In this document: positions 17,039-26,214 of the stretch, piece by piece
How positions within the stretch are numbered: position 1 is the first letter of the stretch
Layout: each line of letters starts with the position of its first letter
Assembly (NCBI GenBank): GCA_964250705.1
Contig: CAXUHC010000002.1
Span: 1-42,047 of the forward strand
From: an uncultured Chthoniobacterales bacterium
Lineage (GTDB): Bacteria; Verrucomicrobiota; Verrucomicrobiia; Chthoniobacterales; SZAS-18
Direction of reading: 5' to 3'
DNA length: 42,047 nucleotides
Position numbers and translations under genes: made by a program
The notes under the pieces: model-generated
Seen by the model: the letters and a program-made list of their open reading frames with translations, nothing else
Databases searched by the model: none
Told to the model about the DNA's origin: nothing

Positions 17039-18466
17039 ATGGCTGGATTATTTGGTGCTCTCACCTATTCGAGGCAAGCCCTCAGCGCGCAAAGCGCGGG
17101 TCTGCAAGTCACCGGACGCAACCTCGCGAACGTCAACACCACGGGGTATGCCCGGCAGCGCGTCACGCTGGAGACCGTGGGCACGGTCGGCACCGGCGTC
17201 AACGCCCAGAGCTTCGGCGTGCAGGCGACCGGCGTGCAGTCCCTGCGTGACAAGTATCTCGACGCGCAAGTCGCCAGCGAAAACAGCGTGACATCCATGC
17301 TCCAGGCGAAGTACGACTCAATGGGCCGTGCTCAGGCCGGGCTGGGCGAAACCATTGATCGGGCCGCGGACTCCAGTTCCATCGGGGACACCACCGGCAA
17401 CACGAGCGGCATCAACGGCGCGCTCTCCGATTTTTTCAACGCGTTTCAGGCGCTTTCCGCCGACCCCACCAGCACGGCGCAAAAACAGGTGCTCATGCAG
17501 AGTGCCGGTTCGTTGGCGGACAAACTCAATTCGGCCGACAACAACCTTGCCACAGAGCAAGCGGGCGACACCCAGCGGGTCAGCGGCGACGTGGACGACG
17601 CCAACGGGTTGTTGAAAGACATTGCTTCGCTCAATGCGCAGATCGGTTCAGCGGAGGCAGGTTCCACCGGCAGCGCGGCGGACCTGCGCGACCAGCGGCA
17701 GGCCAAGATCGAGGCGCTGGCGCAGAAGATGAATATTTCGGTTAGTACCTCGGCGGATCATCCTAACCAGGTGCAGATTTCCACCCGCGACAGTCAGGGC
17801 AACGCCGTCGCGCTGGTGGACCGCGACCATGTCGTGGCTCCGCTGTCCTTCGACGGAACCAACGTCAGCGCGGGCACCGGTTCGCAGGCCAAGACGTTGA
17901 ACATCAGCGGCGGCTCGATCGCCGGCACGCTCCAGGCGCGCGACGGGGTGGTCGCCGGTCTGCGCGCCAACCTCAAGACGCTGGCCAATCAACTCACCAG
18001 TGCGGTGAACACCGCGTACAACCCGGGTGGTACCGGCGCGAATTTTTTCGCCGCCAGCCCGACCGGTGGACGACTCTTGCAGGTGGATTCGGCCACGAGC
18101 GCGGGCACGGTCCACGCCGGTTCTCCCGGCGACGCCGGAGCGAACGATCTGGCGCTGGCCGTGGCGGGCGTGGCCAGCAAGAAATTTTCCACCACGGGCG
18201 GCGACGCCGTGAACGGAACATTGAGCGGATATTATTCTGGCGTCGTATCGAACTTTGGTGCGCAGCTTTCGGGGACCAGTTCGCAGATTACCGATCAGGG
18301 ATTGGTCAGTACGCAGATCAACTCCCAGCGTGATTCCGTCAGCGGCGTTTCTCTCGACGAAGAAACGACCAACCTGATGCAATACCAACGGGCGTTCCAA
18401 GCATCCTCGCGGGTGATCAGCGTCATTGATTCGATGTTCGATGACGTGATGAGCATGGTTCACTAA
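17039..18466 (+). CDS. flgK: Hook-associated protein FlgK (HAP1)
   Basis: NLANVNTTGYARQRV, LRDQR, SVSGVSLDEETTNLMQYQRAFQASSRVI. Confidence 0.96.
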   Translation: MAGLFGALTYSRQALSAQSAGLQVTGRNLANVNTTGYARQRVTLETVGTVGTGVNAQSFGVQATGVQSLRDKYLDAQVASENSVTSMLQAKYDSMGRAQAGLGETIDRAADSSSIGDTTGNTSGINGALSDFFNAFQALSADPTSTAQKQVLMQSAGSLADKLNSADNNLATEQAGDTQRVSGDVDDANGLLKDIASLNAQIGSAEAGSTGSAADLRDQRQAKIEALAQKMNISVSTSADHPNQVQISTRDSQGNAVALVDRDHVVAPLSFDGTNVSAGTGSQAKTLNISGGSIAGTLQARDGVVAGLRANLKTLANQLTSAVNTAYNPGGTGANFFAASPTGGRLLQVDSATSAGTVHAGSPGDAGANDLALAVAGVASKKFSTTGGDAVNGTLSGYYSGVVSNFGAQLSGTSSQITDQGLVSTQINSQRDSVSGVSLDEETTNLMQYQRAFQASSRVISVIDSMFDDVMSMVH

Positions 18467-18496
18467 CTTTTTACTTCGGGCCGATTTTCCCTTGTC

Positions 18497-19393
18497 ATGA
18501 GAATTACTAGCAACGCCAGTTCGTCCAACCTGATCAGCCAACTCCAGGTGTTGACGGCCCGGCAGCAGTTGTACCAAAACCGGGCGGCTACGGGCCAAAA
18601 AATCACCAACGCAGAGGACGATCCCGCCGCGATGGGGCGCGTGCTCATCGCGCAGACCGAGAAGTCGAACGTGCAGCAATTCAACGTCAACACGACTCGC
18701 GCGCTCGACATCAGCGAGAGCAGTTATGCGGGATTCGACGCGTTGAAGGACCTTTCCGACCGTGCGGGGGAAATCGCCACGCTGGCGGGCGGTACGTCTG
18801 ACCCGGCCTCGATGAAGGCGTACGCCGTGGAGGTCAATCAACTCATGGAGCAGGCGCTCCAAACGGGCAATAACAAGCTGAACGGTTCGTACCTCTACGG
18901 CGGTACCAAAACGGACGCCCCGCCGCTCGCCGCGACGCGGGATGCGATGGGCCAGATCACGGCTTCGACGTACCAGGGCGCGGTTTCCGGCGCGTCGATT
19001 CAGGTGGATGCGGGCACGCAAATCTCGCCGTTCACGAACGGCACGGATAATCAGGGCATCAGCCAGTTTATCAACGCGCTTGCGACCCTCCGTAATGCCT
19101 TGAACAGCGGGAACACCAGTGCGGTGCAGTCGACGCAATCATCTCTCGCGACGTCCGGCAACCAGCTCATCGACACCATCGGAAATCTCGGCGCCGTGCA
19201 GACCCGGCTCCAGGCGGCCAGCGCGGCGAATTCGTCACGGTTTTCCAACCTGGAAAACCTGATTTCGGCGGATGCCGACGCCGACTTGCCGCAAACCATC
19301 ATCCAGCTCAACAAGACGCAGTCCGCGTACCAGGCCGCGTTGCAAACCGGGGCAAAGATCATGGGACAATCGCTGCTGGATTACGTAAAGTAG
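18497..19393 (+). CDS. flgL: Hook-associated protein FlgL (HAP3)
   Basis: MRIT...ATGQKI...EDDP, NGSYLYGG, AYQAALQ...SLLDY. Confidence 0.95.
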   Translation: MRITSNASSSNLISQLQVLTARQQLYQNRAATGQKITNAEDDPAAMGRVLIAQTEKSNVQQFNVNTTRALDISESSYAGFDALKDLSDRAGEIATLAGGTSDPASMKAYAVEVNQLMEQALQTGNNKLNGSYLYGGTKTDAPPLAATRDAMGQITASTYQGAVSGASIQVDAGTQISPFTNGTDNQGISQFINALATLRNALNSGNTSAVQSTQSSLATSGNQLIDTIGNLGAVQTRLQAASAANSSRFSNLENLISADADADLPQTIIQLNKTQSAYQAALQTGAKIMGQSLLDYVK

Positions 19394-19444
19394 GCGGCGT
19401 CAACCGCCGGTGGTGCCAAGTGGGGAAGGCTCTCCGAGCCGTTC

Positions 19445-22400
19445 CTACCTTGGAAGCAATTCCCGCAAAAACGGCGCGATCCGGCTGACTTTGTGTTTGG
19501 CGACCTGCTCGGGCGTGCCGCTGGTCACGAGCTTGCCGCCATCCTTACCTGCCTCCGGGCCGATATCCACCAGATAGTCGGCTTCGGCGATCACGCTGAG
19601 ATGATGCTCGATGACCACCACCGTATTGCCCTCATCCACCAAGCGATGCAGGACCTTGAGGAGTTGCTCCACATCGGCCATGTGTAGCCCGACGGTGGGT
19701 TCTTCCAGCAGGTAGAGCGTCGATTTGGTGGCACGCGCCTGGCGCAGGCGTTTGTGCTGCGCGGCACCGACGCCGCGAGTCAATTCCGTGACGAGTTTCA
19801 GGCGTTGAGCCTCGCCGCCGCTGAGCGTCGGACTGGGCTGCCCGAGCTTCAGATAGCCGAGGCCGGTTTCGGTCAGCAGGGACAACGGACGATGGATTTT
19901 CGACACCGCCGAGAAAAACTCCGACGCCTGCTCAATCGTCAGGTTGAGCACCTGGCCGATGTTCTTGTCGTTGTAGAGCACTTCGAGCGTCTGCGCATTG
20001 TAGCGCAGGCCGCCGCAATCCTCGCACGGCACGTAACTCGTCGGCAGGAAGCTCATCTCGTGGCGGATGACCCCTTGTCCCTGGCAGCTTTCGCAACGTC
20101 CGCCTTCGTTGTTAAACGAAAACCGGCTGTTCGTATAACCGCGAATTCGCGACAGCGGCAGTTGGGCAAACAGCGCACGGATTTCGTCCAGGACGCCCAC
20201 GTACGTTGCCGGGGTCGAACGCGAAGTCTTGCCGATGGGCGATTGATCGACCTCGTAGACCGCTTCGAGATGTTCCGCGCCGTCGAACGCGGTCCAGGTC
20301 GGCTGCCGCTTGCGCGCCTGCTTGCGGATTTCCGCGGCCTTCGCGCTCTTGCCGGTTTTGGCCAGCGCCTGCTGCGCCGCCGGGAGCAGGACCGAGCGCA
20401 TGAGACTGCTTTTGCCGGAGCCGGAGATGCCCGTGATGACCGTCAATCGCCCCACCGGAAAATGCGTATCCACTTGCTGTAGATTGTTCGCCGATGCGCC
20501 TCTGATTTCCAGCCAACGCTCAGAGGTTTTGACCGGACGACGCTCGCCGTTCATCGGGTGATTGATCGGGTCCTTGAGACACCGGCCCGTCACGGAAAGG
20601 GGATTCGCCTGGATTTCGGCCAGCGTGCCCTGGGCAACCACCTCGCCGCCGTGCACGCCTGGTCCCGGCCCGAGATCCACGATATGATCGGCGCGGCGCA
20701 TCGTCTCGTCGTCGTGCTCGACGATCACCAGAGAATTGCCCTTGGACTTGAGCGCGACCAAGGTATCCAGCAGCCGATCATTGTCGCGCGGATGCAAGCC
20801 GATGGTCGGTTCGTCCAGCACGTAGAGCACCCCGCGCAGGTTCGAGCCGAGCTGCGCGGCCAGCCGGATGCGCTGCGTTTCGCCGCCCGAGAGCGTTTTG
20901 GCCGAGCGGTCCAGCGCGAGATAACCGAGGCCGACCTCTTCCATAAACGTCAGCCGCTGGCGGATTTCGTCGATGATGTCCGTGGCGATGAGCGCCTGGG
21001 TGCCCTTGAATTTAAACTTCTCCGCGGCCGACCGCGCGCCGGAGATCGGCAACGCCGCGAAGGCGTCGATCGTCATATCGCGCACCCGCACGTTGCGCGC
21101 GACCGCGTTCAGCCGGCCCCCGCTGCACTCCGGGCAAGGCTTCGATTCATCTTCATCGAGCCATTGCGTGGCACGTTCCTCCGCGAGTTCCCGCTCGGCG
21201 GCGGAAATGCTGTCGTCATCCTTGGTGAGATTACCTTTCCACACGATGCCGAAGCCCCGGCACCCGGGACACCAGCCGTGCGGCGAATTGTAGGAAAACA
21301 GGCGCGGGTCCAGTTCCTCGAACGCTTCCCCGCACTCGGGGCAGCTCATTTCCGTGCTTAACACGACGGATTTATTCTTCGCGTCAACGAGCCGTGCGGT
21401 GCCCTTGCCGATTTCGAGCGCGCGTTTGACGATCTCGCGCGGGTCGTCGCCGACCGACGCGTTTTTCAGCACCCGGCCTTTGGATTTGACGATGGCCTTG
21501 ACCGCCGCCGCCAGTTTCTTTTTCGCACCGCCGACCTCGCCGACGACCACGTCAATCGTATGCTCACGGAAACGTTCCAGCTTCTCGAAGCCGTACGCCG
21601 AGACGAACTTTCCGTCTACCAGCAGCGTCTCGAAACCGTGTTTGACCGCCCACGCGGCCACTTCGGTGTGGAAACCTTTGCGCGCCTTGATCAACGGGGC
21701 CAGCACCCGGACCTTCCCCTTTTTCGACGCATCCTCCACCTGCTTGACGATGGCGGCCACGCTCTGCTTTTCGACGGGCACGTGGCAATGCGGGCAATAC
21801 TGGGTGCCGAGCTTGGCGAAGAGCAGCCGCAGGAAATGGTAGACCTCCGTGACGGTGGCGACGGTCGATTTGCCGCCGCCGCGCGTGACGCGCTGCTCGA
21901 TGGCGACGCTGGGCGGCAGCCCTTCGATCAGATCAACATCCGGCTTTTCCAGTTGTTCGACGAACTGCCGCGCATACGGCGACATGCTGTCGAGGAACCG
22001 CCGCTGGCCTTCTGCGAAAAGGATGTCGAAGGCGAGCGTCGATTTGCCCGAGCCGCTCAGACCGGTCACGATGACCATCTTTCCACGCGGCAGGTCGAGC
22101 GTGATGTTTTTTAAATTATGCTCGCGCGCCCCTTTGATGCGGATCGCGGGCGCGGCCTTCGGCGGGTGATGACCATTCGACTCGCGCGACGGGAGTTCGG
22201 TTCTTCTCACCGCCGGGGGACGGCTGCCGTAAACGTTTGCCGCTTGGTCCACGGCCACGCTGTCGAACGCGACGACCTTTTCATCGCGTCCACCCTCCAG
22301 CAGCGGGCGCACATAGTAGCCGGTGTGAGAGGCCGCGACCGCCGCGACCTCTTCCGGCGTCCCCGCCGCGACGAGCAGACCGCCGTCGGAACCGGCCTCG

Positions 22401-25243
22401 GGACCGAGATCAACGAGGTAGTCGGCGCATTTGATGACTTCCAGATTATGCTCGATGACCAGCAGACTGTCGCCCTGTTCGACCAGACGCTGAAAGACGC
22501 GCACCAGCAGCGCCACGTCGTCGAAATGCAGGCCGGTGGTCGGCTCGTCGAAGATGAGGAGCGCGCCCTTCGTGCCCGGATTGCGCTCACGTTCGACGAG
22601 GTGGCTGACCAGTTTCAGCCGTTGCGCCTCGCCTCCAGAAAGGGTGTTGAGCGGCTGCCCCAACCGCAGGTAGCCGAGGCCGACCTCGTTCAAAATCCGC
22701 AACGCCGCCAGCGGCACTTTGAGCATGTTGGGGATGCCCTTCAACCCGTGCCGGGCCTCCAGGAAACCGATGGATTCCGCCACGGTCAGTTCCAGGACTT
22801 CGTGGATGTTCTTGCCGTGGTAACGGACCTTGAGCACATGCGGCTGGAAGCGCTTGCCCTCGCATTCCGAGCAGCGCACGTACAGATCGCTCAGGAACTG
22901 CATCTCGATCTTCTCGAACCCGATGCCGCCGCAACGTTCGCAGCGTCCGTCGCCGGAGTTGAACGAAAACGCCCCCGCCGATAATCCGGCCGCGCGCGCC
23001 TCGTCACTGGTGGCGAACAGTTCGCGCACCGCGTCGAACACGCCCAGGTAAACCACGGGATTCGAGCGCGGCGTTTTGGAAAGCGGCGTCTGGTCCACCA
23101 TGACCACCGTGCCAAACTGCTCGGCACCCGAGATTTCGTCGCATCGACCCACGGATTCGTCGCTGCTCAGCCCGCGCTGGCGCAGAAGATTCTGGTAAAG
23201 CACGTCGTGGATGAGAGTGCTCTTGCCCGAGCCGCTGACCCCGGTGATGCACGCCAGCACTCCGAGCGGTAGATCCACGTCGATCCGGCGCAGATTGTGT
23301 TCCCTCGCCCCGCGGATTTTTAACCAGCGGTCCACCCGGCGGCGCTGCGCGGGCACCGGAATCAATTTCCGGCCCGTCAGGTAATCCGCCGTCAGTGAAC
23401 CGGGACAATGCCCCAGTTCCGAGAGCGGACCGGAGAACACCAGTTCCCCGCCGCCCTCGCCGCGTCCGGGGCCAATGTCGATCAGGTTGTCCGCCGAGCG
23501 GATAACCGCCTCCTCGTGTTCGACCACCAGCAGCGTATTGCCTTTGTCCCGCAGGTCTTCCATGACGCGGATCAGCCGACCTACGTCACGGGGGTGCAGG
23601 CCCACGCTCGGTTCGTCGAGGACGAAGAGCGTGTTGACGAGGGATGCTCCCAGGCAGGTCGTGAGGTTGACGCGCTCGATTTCGCCGCCGGAAAGCGTCC
23701 GAGTGGGGCGGTCCAAATTCAAATAGCCCAGCCCGACCGCAATGAGGTAACGCAGACGCGTGATGATTTCCTTTTGCAGCATCTCCGCACTCGGGTCGTT
23801 CGCGGGCAGGGTCAGCGCCGTCATCACGGGTTCCATTTCCGTGACGGGCAATTGCGCGAGTTCCGGCATGTTGAAACCGGGGAGAAGCGAATACCGTTTT
23901 GTGGGGGGTGCCCACTCCGCACCCGGCACGAGGCGGAAATTCAGGGTTGCAGGCTGGAACCGCCCGCCGTCGCATTCCGGGCAAAGCGTGTATGCCCGGT
24001 AACGGCTCAGCAGCACGCGGACGTGCATCTTGTACGTCTTGGTTTCCAGCCATTCGAAATACCCTTTGACCCCGTACCAGCCGCCGCCCGCCCAGAGTTC
24101 TTCGGTGTCCGCCCGTCCGCCCCCCTCGCCCTGGACGACGAACTTCTGGTCGGCCTTGGGCAAGTCCTCAAAGGACACGTTCACGTCGATTTCCTGCCGC
24201 GCGCAGGCCCGCAACAGGTCGCGCTGGCATTCGGCGGACTGGCCGCTCTGGAAAGGCTTGACGACTCCGCGCGCAATCGAAAGCCGCTTGTCCGGCAGCG
24301 CGCGGTCGAGGTCGATCCCGATGGTACGCCCGAAACCCCGGCATTTGGGACATGCGCCGACGGGGTTATTGAACGAAAACAGCCCCGGCGTCGGCGGCTT
24401 GATGTCGAGGTCGCATTTGGGGCAATGCCAGCCCGTCGAAAAACACTCCTCGTCGCCGTTGGCCGGGTCGACGAAGCGGATTTTTCCCTTGCCGAAACGC
24501 AACGCGGTTTCGATGGATTCCGTCATCCGTGAGCGGCTTTCCGCACCGACTGTCACGCGGTCTTGGATGACGTGCACGCGCAAGGGCAGTTTCCTGAGAT
24601 TCGCCGGGGGCTCGTCCGTGCGCAGGACCGCGCCATCGAGCCAGACGCGCAGATAACCTTGCGCCTGGAGGAACGTGAAAAATTGCTCCGGCACCGCCCC
24701 CACTGGAGCAGGCACCGCGAAGGTAAGCAGCAGCGACACACCGTCGCGCCGGGCCAGGATTTGCTCGGCGATGCCGCGCGAGGAATCCGGCTTGATCGGC
24801 CCGTGGCACGACGGGCAAAACGCCTGCGCCACCCGGGGCATCAGCAACTTCAGGTAATCGTTGATCTCCGTGATCGTCCCAACCGTCGAGCGCGTGCTCT
24901 TGACCTGGTTGGACTGCTCGATAGCGATGGCCGGAGGGATGCCGTGGATGGCATCCACCTTCGGCTTGTCCATGCGGTCAAGAAATTGCCGCGTGTATGG
25001 ACTGAACGTCTCGACGTAACGGCGCTGGCCCTCGGCGTAAATCGTGTCGAAAGCGAGCGAACTTTTGCCGCTGCCGCTGGGACCGGTAATGACGTTGAGC
25101 CGACCCAAAGGCAGGTCCAAGTCAATCCCTTTGAGATTGTTCTGGCGGGCACCGCGAATCTCGATCACCTCGGGCGCTTCCTCGTGCTTCGATGGCTGAA
25201 CTTGAGCCGGGGGCGGTACTTTGAAAGGACGGGGTTTCGGCAC
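19445..25243 (-). CDS. uvrA: Double-length (tandem-fused) excinuclease ABC subunit A, 1932 aa
   Basis: Two complete UvrA units: four Walker A motifs (GPSGSGKSS, GVSGSGKST, GLSGSGKST, GISGSGKSS), four LSGGE signatures, two AEGQRR motifs and several CxxC zinc modules. Confidence 0.96.
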   Translation of the reverse strand: MPKPRPFKVPPPAQVQPSKHEEAPEVIEIRGARQNNLKGIDLDLPLGRLNVITGPSGSGKSSLAFDTIYAEGQRRYVETFSPYTRQFLDRMDKPKVDAIHGIPPAIAIEQSNQVKSTRSTVGTITEINDYLKLLMPRVAQAFCPSCHGPIKPDSSRGIAEQILARRDGVSLLLTFAVPAPVGAVPEQFFTFLQAQGYLRVWLDGAVLRTDEPPANLRKLPLRVHVIQDRVTVGAESRSRMTESIETALRFGKGKIRFVDPANGDEECFSTGWHCPKCDLDIKPPTPGLFSFNNPVGACPKCRGFGRTIGIDLDRALPDKRLSIARGVVKPFQSGQSAECQRDLLRACARQEIDVNVSFEDLPKADQKFVVQGEGGGRADTEELWAGGGWYGVKGYFEWLETKTYKMHVRVLLSRYRAYTLCPECDGGRFQPATLNFRLVPGAEWAPPTKRYSLLPGFNMPELAQLPVTEMEPVMTALTLPANDPSAEMLQKEIITRLRYLIAVGLGYLNLDRPTRTLSGGEIERVNLTTCLGASLVNTLFVLDEPSVGLHPRDVGRLIRVMEDLRDKGNTLLVVEHEEAVIRSADNLIDIGPGRGEGGGELVFSGPLSELGHCPGSLTADYLTGRKLIPVPAQRRRVDRWLKIRGAREHNLRRIDVDLPLGVLACITGVSGSGKSTLIHDVLYQNLLRQRGLSSDESVGRCDEISGAEQFGTVVMVDQTPLSKTPRSNPVVYLGVFDAVRELFATSDEARAAGLSAGAFSFNSGDGRCERCGGIGFEKIEMQFLSDLYVRCSECEGKRFQPHVLKVRYHGKNIHEVLELTVAESIGFLEARHGLKGIPNMLKVPLAALRILNEVGLGYLRLGQPLNTLSGGEAQRLKLVSHLVERERNPGTKGALLIFDEPTTGLHFDDVALLVRVFQRLVEQGDSLLVIEHNLEVIKCADYLVDLGPEAGSDGGLLVAAGTPEEVAAVAASHTGYYVRPLLEGGRDEKVVAFDSVAVDQAANVYGSRPPAVRRTELPSRESNGHHPPKAAPAIRIKGAREHNLKNITLDLPRGKMVIVTGLSGSGKSTLAFDILFAEGQRRFLDSMSPYARQFVEQLEKPDVDLIEGLPPSVAIEQRVTRGGGKSTVATVTEVYHFLRLLFAKLGTQYCPHCHVPVEKQSVAAIVKQVEDASKKGKVRVLAPLIKARKGFHTEVAAWAVKHGFETLLVDGKFVSAYGFEKLERFREHTIDVVVGEVGGAKKKLAAAVKAIVKSKGRVLKNASVGDDPREIVKRALEIGKGTARLVDAKNKSVVLSTEMSCPECGEAFEELDPRLFSYNSPHGWCPGCRGFGIVWKGNLTKDDDSISAAERELAEERATQWLDEDESKPCPECSGGRLNAVARNVRVRDMTIDAFAALPISGARSAAEKFKFKGTQALIATDIIDEIRQRLTFMEEVGLGYLALDRSAKTLSGGETQRIRLAAQLGSNLRGVLYVLDEPTIGLHPRDNDRLLDTLVALKSKGNSLVIVEHDDETMRRADHIVDLGPGPGVHGGEVVAQGTLAEIQANPLSVTGRCLKDPINHPMNGERRPVKTSERWLEIRGASANNLQQVDTHFPVGRLTVITGISGSGKSSLMRSVLLPAAQQALAKTGKSAKAAEIRKQARKRQPTWTAFDGAEHLEAVYEVDQSPIGKTSRSTPATYVGVLDEIRALFAQLPLSRIRGYTNSRFSFNNEGGRCESCQGQGVIRHEMSFLPTSYVPCEDCGGLRYNAQTLEVLYNDKNIGQVLNLTIEQASEFFSAVSKIHRPLSLLTETGLGYLKLGQPSPTLSGGEAQRLKLVTELTRGVGAAQHKRLRQARATKSTLYLLEEPTVGLHMADVEQLLKVLHRLVDEGNTVVVIEHHLSVIAEADYLVDIGPEAGKDGGKLVTSGTPEQVAKHKVSRIAPFLRELLPR

Positions 25244-25329
25244 CCGGCACCTTATCCAATTCCATCCGAAAGGGAAGGGTCACACCTGTTTTTGAAGCAG
25301 GTTTTGTCTGGTAAATCGCCCGTCCCGGC

Positions 25330-25491
25330 ATCGGTTTGGTGGATTTGCCGAACTCTCGCCAAGACCACCCTTGGAGGTGGCCCGCACCAGAGATAACCAA
25401 GCTGTAAAAACGGCGGTGGGCCGACCGCGAAGCCGAACGCAACTCGAGGCAAGCGTTTTGGGCTGCGTCCGACCGGATCACCGAAACCAAT
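25330..25491 (+). ncRNA. Candidate structured ncRNA of about 160 nt with 6S-like rod/bubble architecture
   Basis: Nested pairings 25330-25347/25474-25491, 25358-25365/25455-25463 and 25379-25385/25416-25422, plus hairpin 25401-25414. G-U pairs favour the + strand. No family match confirmed. Confidence 0.4.
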
Positions 25492-25492
25492 T

Positions 25493-25891
25493 TTAGTTGT
25501 TACCGTTGGCAGTCTTCTTTGCAGTCGCGGCAGTTGGCGTCCGGCCATTCGCCTTGGCCTTGGCAGCCGTACGGGTGCCGTTGCCTTTCTTCATGGCGTC
25601 GGAAAGATTCAGCACGTCGCGGCGCATGATCTTGCCACTTTTGAATTTGACCGTCGCGCGCGGCGGGATCGCGAAGTTGCTGCCGGGGACGTTCGGATTG
25701 CGGCCCACCCGGGCTTTGCTCAGGCGGACCTGAAAAACTCCGAAATTACGAAGTTCGACATCCTGTCCCTTCGACAACGCCGAGGTGATATGATCGAGGG
25801 TCTTCTGGATGACTTCGAACACTTGGTGTTGGACCAGATTCGTTTCGTTACTGATTTTTACAACAAGGTCGCGTTTGGTGAGGTTGGGCAT
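25493..25891 (-). CDS. HU/IHF-family DNA-binding protein with a K/A-rich C-terminal tail
   Basis: LTKRDLV...VELRNFGVF...RVGRNP...IPPRATVKFKSGK, followed by the tail TAAKAKANGRTPTAATAKKTA. Confidence 0.93.
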   Translation of the reverse strand: MPNLTKRDLVVKISNETNLVQHQVFEVIQKTLDHITSALSKGQDVELRNFGVFQVRLSKARVGRNPNVPGSNFAIPPRATVKFKSGKIMRRDVLNLSDAMKKGNGTRTAAKAKANGRTPTAATAKKTANGNN

Positions 25892-26154
25892 AGAATGGGC
25901 AGGTTGGCGTTTATTTCCTACTATTGGGACGACGGATCAGTGATTTCTTTGAAAGAAACAGAGTGATTTGGCGCTGATTGAGTCAGCGCAATTTGTTCTC
26001 GTCCGACACCATTTCAGGCAGGGGCAACTGCCTTCCAAGTCTCAGACTTTCACGCACGACTCTCGTTCAATCAACGTTACATTATCTATTCGCTCTCAAG
26101 TGAATAGCCGGATGCTATCATAGGCGAAAATGACAAAAAGTCATGCTCGACTTA

Positions 26155-26185
26155 CAAAAATCGACAAATCCAGCGGGGTTTGTCG
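26155..26185 (-). terminator. Probable intrinsic terminator downstream of rnhC
   Basis: Minus-strand hairpin CGACAAA-N10-TTTGTCG followed by ATTTTTG. Confidence 0.5.
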
Positions 26186-26214
26186 TGAGAGAACCGGAAG
26201 CGCCGGTTACCTAG

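Noticed and set aside
18463-18487. Possible sigma28 promoter before flgL (CTAA...GCCGATTT)
   Set aside because: Spacer is 13 rather than 15 nt and the -10 is imperfect; flgL is explained by the flgK promoter.
1-19393. Reading the cluster as a non-flagellar T3SS or a degenerate flagellum
   Set aside because: Flagellin, cap, hook-junction, rod and L/P-ring genes are all intact. The missing motor and export genes probably lie beyond flgB, outside the window.
19445-25243. Double uvrA as an assembly duplication
   Set aside because: The two halves differ extensively in sequence, and fused UvrA is known in PVC bacteria.
25337-25343. TCCACCA on the minus strand, like a tRNA/tmRNA 3' end
   Set aside because: No properly placed T-arm or matching acceptor stem.
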